Source: Octopus vulgaris (Eukaryota). Taken from it: a stretch of DNA of 64,000 nucleotides. Of this stretch, positions 60,489 through 64,000 are shown in pieces (positions within the stretch are counted from its first letter, which is position 1; the number at the start of each line of letters is the position of its first letter). The stretch spans positions 82,522,001-82,586,000 of the forward strand of contig OX597824.1 of NCBI GenBank assembly GCA_951406725.2, given 5' to 3'. The translations under genes were made by a program, and so were the position numbers. The notes under the pieces were generated by a model. It was not told the origin of the DNA and searched no databases. It was given only the letters and a program-made list of their open reading frames with translations.

Positions 60489-60974
60489 GAAAGTCTGTGA
60501 TGGTTTGCTCCAAGCAGAAACTACGGGAGCTACTTGAAAATATTGTAAGTTCTTCCTGTGAGGTTAGTAAAGCTGTACATCGGCATATACACGTTGGAAA
60601 CGCTTCTGTACCATCAGCATTCATCTGAAGGTCACAAGCGTTTGCTTCCTTGGTATATATGTTTCGTCTGAGTGGGGCCACGAGGACGAAATTAGCTTTT
60701 TACAACGGAGTGACTGTACGTGTCAACCACAATCAGCTTACTCAGATCTCAGCACGCCCAAAACGCCGTTAGTCCACATTACTTCGTAAGGAACCTAGGG
60801 CTGGTTTCCTAATTTCTCTGGTGTGTGTCCCTGTACGTGCACGTCTGCTTGTGTGTGTGTGGTGGGGAGGGATGTTTGTGCGTGTCAAGGAATCGAAGCC
60901 ACAATCTTACGAGCACGAATCCAATACTGTAAGCTATGCCCATGCATCTCTCCCTAAAACATGAATGAATGCAA

Positions 60975-61046
<72 letters not shown>

Positions 61047-61297
61047 ATATATATATACGTATGTATGTATATGTTTGTGTGTCTGTGTTTGTCCCCCCAA
61101 TATCACTTGATAACCGATGCTGGTGTGTTTACATCCCCGTCACTTAGCGGTTCGGCAATAGAGACCAATAGAATAAATACTAGGCTTACAAAGAATAAGT
61201 CCCGGGGTCGATTTGCTTGACTAAAGGCGGTGCTCCAGCATGGCCGCAGTCAAATGACTGAAACAAGTAAAAGAGTAAAAGAGTAAAATACCTATAC

Positions 61298-61354
<57 letters not shown>

Positions 61355-61623
61355 GTAAGGGAATAAGGATTTTGAATCGAAGCAGGCAACTTACAAGCCC
61401 TGCAATATAATCCAGGTTTTGACTAACCATATTGAATGGTATGGAAATACGCAAAATTGTTTAAGGTAACCAATTATGCGATGTTTCACCTAATGGTTAT
61501 ATCCTGAGTTCGCTCCTTTGGAATTTATGCAGGGTGCATTAAAAATAAGAATGGAGATTCAATGAAGGTTTAAAGTGAATGTATTGTATGTTATACTAAA
61601 TAAGCAAGGTTTTTGAGGATGTA

Positions 61624-62903
61624 CGAGGGGCGTTGAAAAGTTCTTGGCTTTAAGGGTATCGTGAAGGGGTAGACCATTTACCATTACAAGGTAGGTAGGA
61701 CAACTATTTAGGTGGAGTTAGCAAAAAATTATGATGGTATACAATATGTCTTTCTCTGGGCTTTTTTTTTTGTTTTTTTTTTGCAGATGTTATCAATAAG
61801 GAAAGCTCCTACATTGGATTGTGGTAAATATTGAAGCATGGGTGATCATAAAGTTCCCCTTTTTGCAAGGCAACGGAGCGGCGAAAATCTATGGTGAGAT
61901 TAAGCAAATCTTGAAGGATGGCTACCCATCTTATTCTAGAGTGGAAATTTGGGTCATTGTTTCGGACTGGTCATTTCGAGGTCACAGATGAACCCTGGTC
62001 AAGACGGCCGTCATCCACGACGAGAGAGGACAAGGTCAACGCTGTGCACGTCATGATTCTCGAGGGCCGCTGGATCTCAGCTAAAGTTTTCCCGAGAAAA
62101 CGTTGGCCATATCATCCACAGCGTTCCGGACATGACAAAGCTTTCCGCAAAATGGATGCCGAAATACCTGAACACAGAGCAGAAGCGTATCAGAGTGACG
62201 ACATCAAAGGCGAATTTGGACCGGTTTGCAGTGGGAGAGACTGATTTATGGCTCGTTTAGTCACTATGAATGAAACTTGGCTTCATTATTATGAGCACCA
62301 GACCAAGCAGCAATTAAAGGAGTGGCATCACAGCGGTTCACCGCTTCCCAAGAAGTCTCGGACCCACATAGTAAGCTGGAAAGATTCTAGCCTATATGTA
62401 CTGGGACAAAGGCGAAGTAATCCTCGTAAAATACCAACCAAAGGGTCACACCTTCAATACAGAATATTTTATATGTCTCTTTTGGATGAACTGCGTGAGG
62501 CTTTGATGCAGAAACGGAATGGAAAGTTGAGCCGGAGTGTCCTGTTTTTTGCAGTACACACCTGCACACACCGCTAATGAAACTCTACAGAAAATCCGCA
62601 ACTTTGGCTTCGAATTGGTAGACCATCTCCTGATCTGCACCCCTCTCACTAGCACCTCTTTCTACAACTGAAGAAATATCTCAAGGGAACGAAATTTCGC
62701 TCCGATTCGGAACAGATCGCTGCTACAGAGGCCTTGTTGGAGGCCTAACCTTCCAACCTCTTTTTACAGGGCTTAGGAAAACTGAAGGACCGCCGCAGTA
62801 AGCGTGAGAATCTGAGAGGGGTATATGTTGAATAAAATCGTAATTAACTGATCTCCCTGAATATATTTTTTTTACCCCAAAGCCAAGAACATTTCAGCAC
62901 ACG
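61624..62903 (+). mobile_element. Near full-length decayed mariner transposon (about 1.28 kb)
   Basis: TIRs CGAGGGGCGTTGAAAAGTTCTTGGCTTT / AAAGCCAAGAACATTTCAGCACACG with TA flanks; fragments FRTGHFEVTDEPWSRRP and LVTMNETWLHYYEHQTKQQLKEW; stops and frameshifts. Confidence 0.9.
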
Positions 62904-63020
62904 TATGCTTCTCTATACTTATTTTTAATGTCTTATATATATATATTTACTTTTAACATGATACATGTGTATGCGTATGTGTGTGTGTATGTGTGTGTGT
63001 ATGTGTGTGTGTGTGTGTGT

Positions 63021-63057
<37 letters not shown>

Positions 63058-63338
63058 CCTCTACAGACGAGATAATGTATCATGTTATTTTATATGTCAG
63101 ATTTACAGTGGAGCTTCTGGCCAAACTCCGCTTCATAAAAACGAACTGTGCCCCACCTAATCCTACTTTCTTACAACTACACGAAATGGATAATTCAGTC
63201 CCATGGTCACAGAACGATACAGTGACGTTGATTTGATAATACTTCACTCCATGAGCCATACGCATGCAAACACATACGCGCATATGTACATATCTCCATA
63301 CATACATGGACTTACGCGCACACACACACGTATATATA

Positions 63339-63382
<44 letters not shown>

Positions 63383-63596
63383 TACACTTATATATACACA
63401 CATATATAAATACACACACGTATATATATATATATATATATACTTGTGTGTATTTATATATATATACATACATACTTATACTTAAATCGTCATACATATA
63501 CACACATTTCATATACATGTATACATTCGTACATATATATATATACATACGTACGTACGTACGCACAGCACACATACATACGTACATTCGCATACA

Positions 63597-63628
<32 letters not shown>

Positions 63629-64000
63629 CACATACGTACACACACATATATACATACATATATATATATATATATATACATTCTTACATACATACATTTA
63701 TGCATTCATATATACATATATGCTTTCATACATACATACACGCACACACATGCATACATAAATACATACATACATTCATACACAAGCACATACACGCACA
63801 CACACATACATACATACATACATACATACATACATACATACATACATACATACATACATACATACATACACACACACATACATACATACATACATAAACA
63901 TACAAATACACACAAGAGCACACATACGACGTACACACACACACACACACACACACATACACACACACATACACAACAAGTACATGAATATAAAGTTGAA

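Overview
Eukaryotic, AT-rich, microsatellite-saturated non-coding DNA. The SINE families and repeat density suggest an octopus (coleoid cephalopod) genome; this is inference. No host protein-coding gene can be supported, and almost all listed ORFs are translations of simple repeats. Supported content: two tRNA-Gln(TTG) genes; a young, 5'-truncated Penelope-like element (PLE, RT C-terminus plus GIY-YIG, 22388-25013) with an inverted pseudo-LTR; a decayed PLE of a different lineage hidden on the minus strand (1285-2130); two Tx1/L1-type LINE 3' ends in (GATA)n; an RLE-type LINE 3' end; mariner and maT relics; hAT, Tc1 and pogo MITEs; and many tRNA-derived SINEs. The most striking unannotated signal is roughly two dozen small hammerhead-ribozyme (HHR)-like motifs from many unrelated PLE terminal-repeat families, mostly next to (TA)n. 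Their cores include canonical C3-G8, compensatory U3-A8 and G3-C8, and U4C and A6U variants, and several lie beside fold-back hairpin junctions. All motifs were read by eye and boundaries are approximate.
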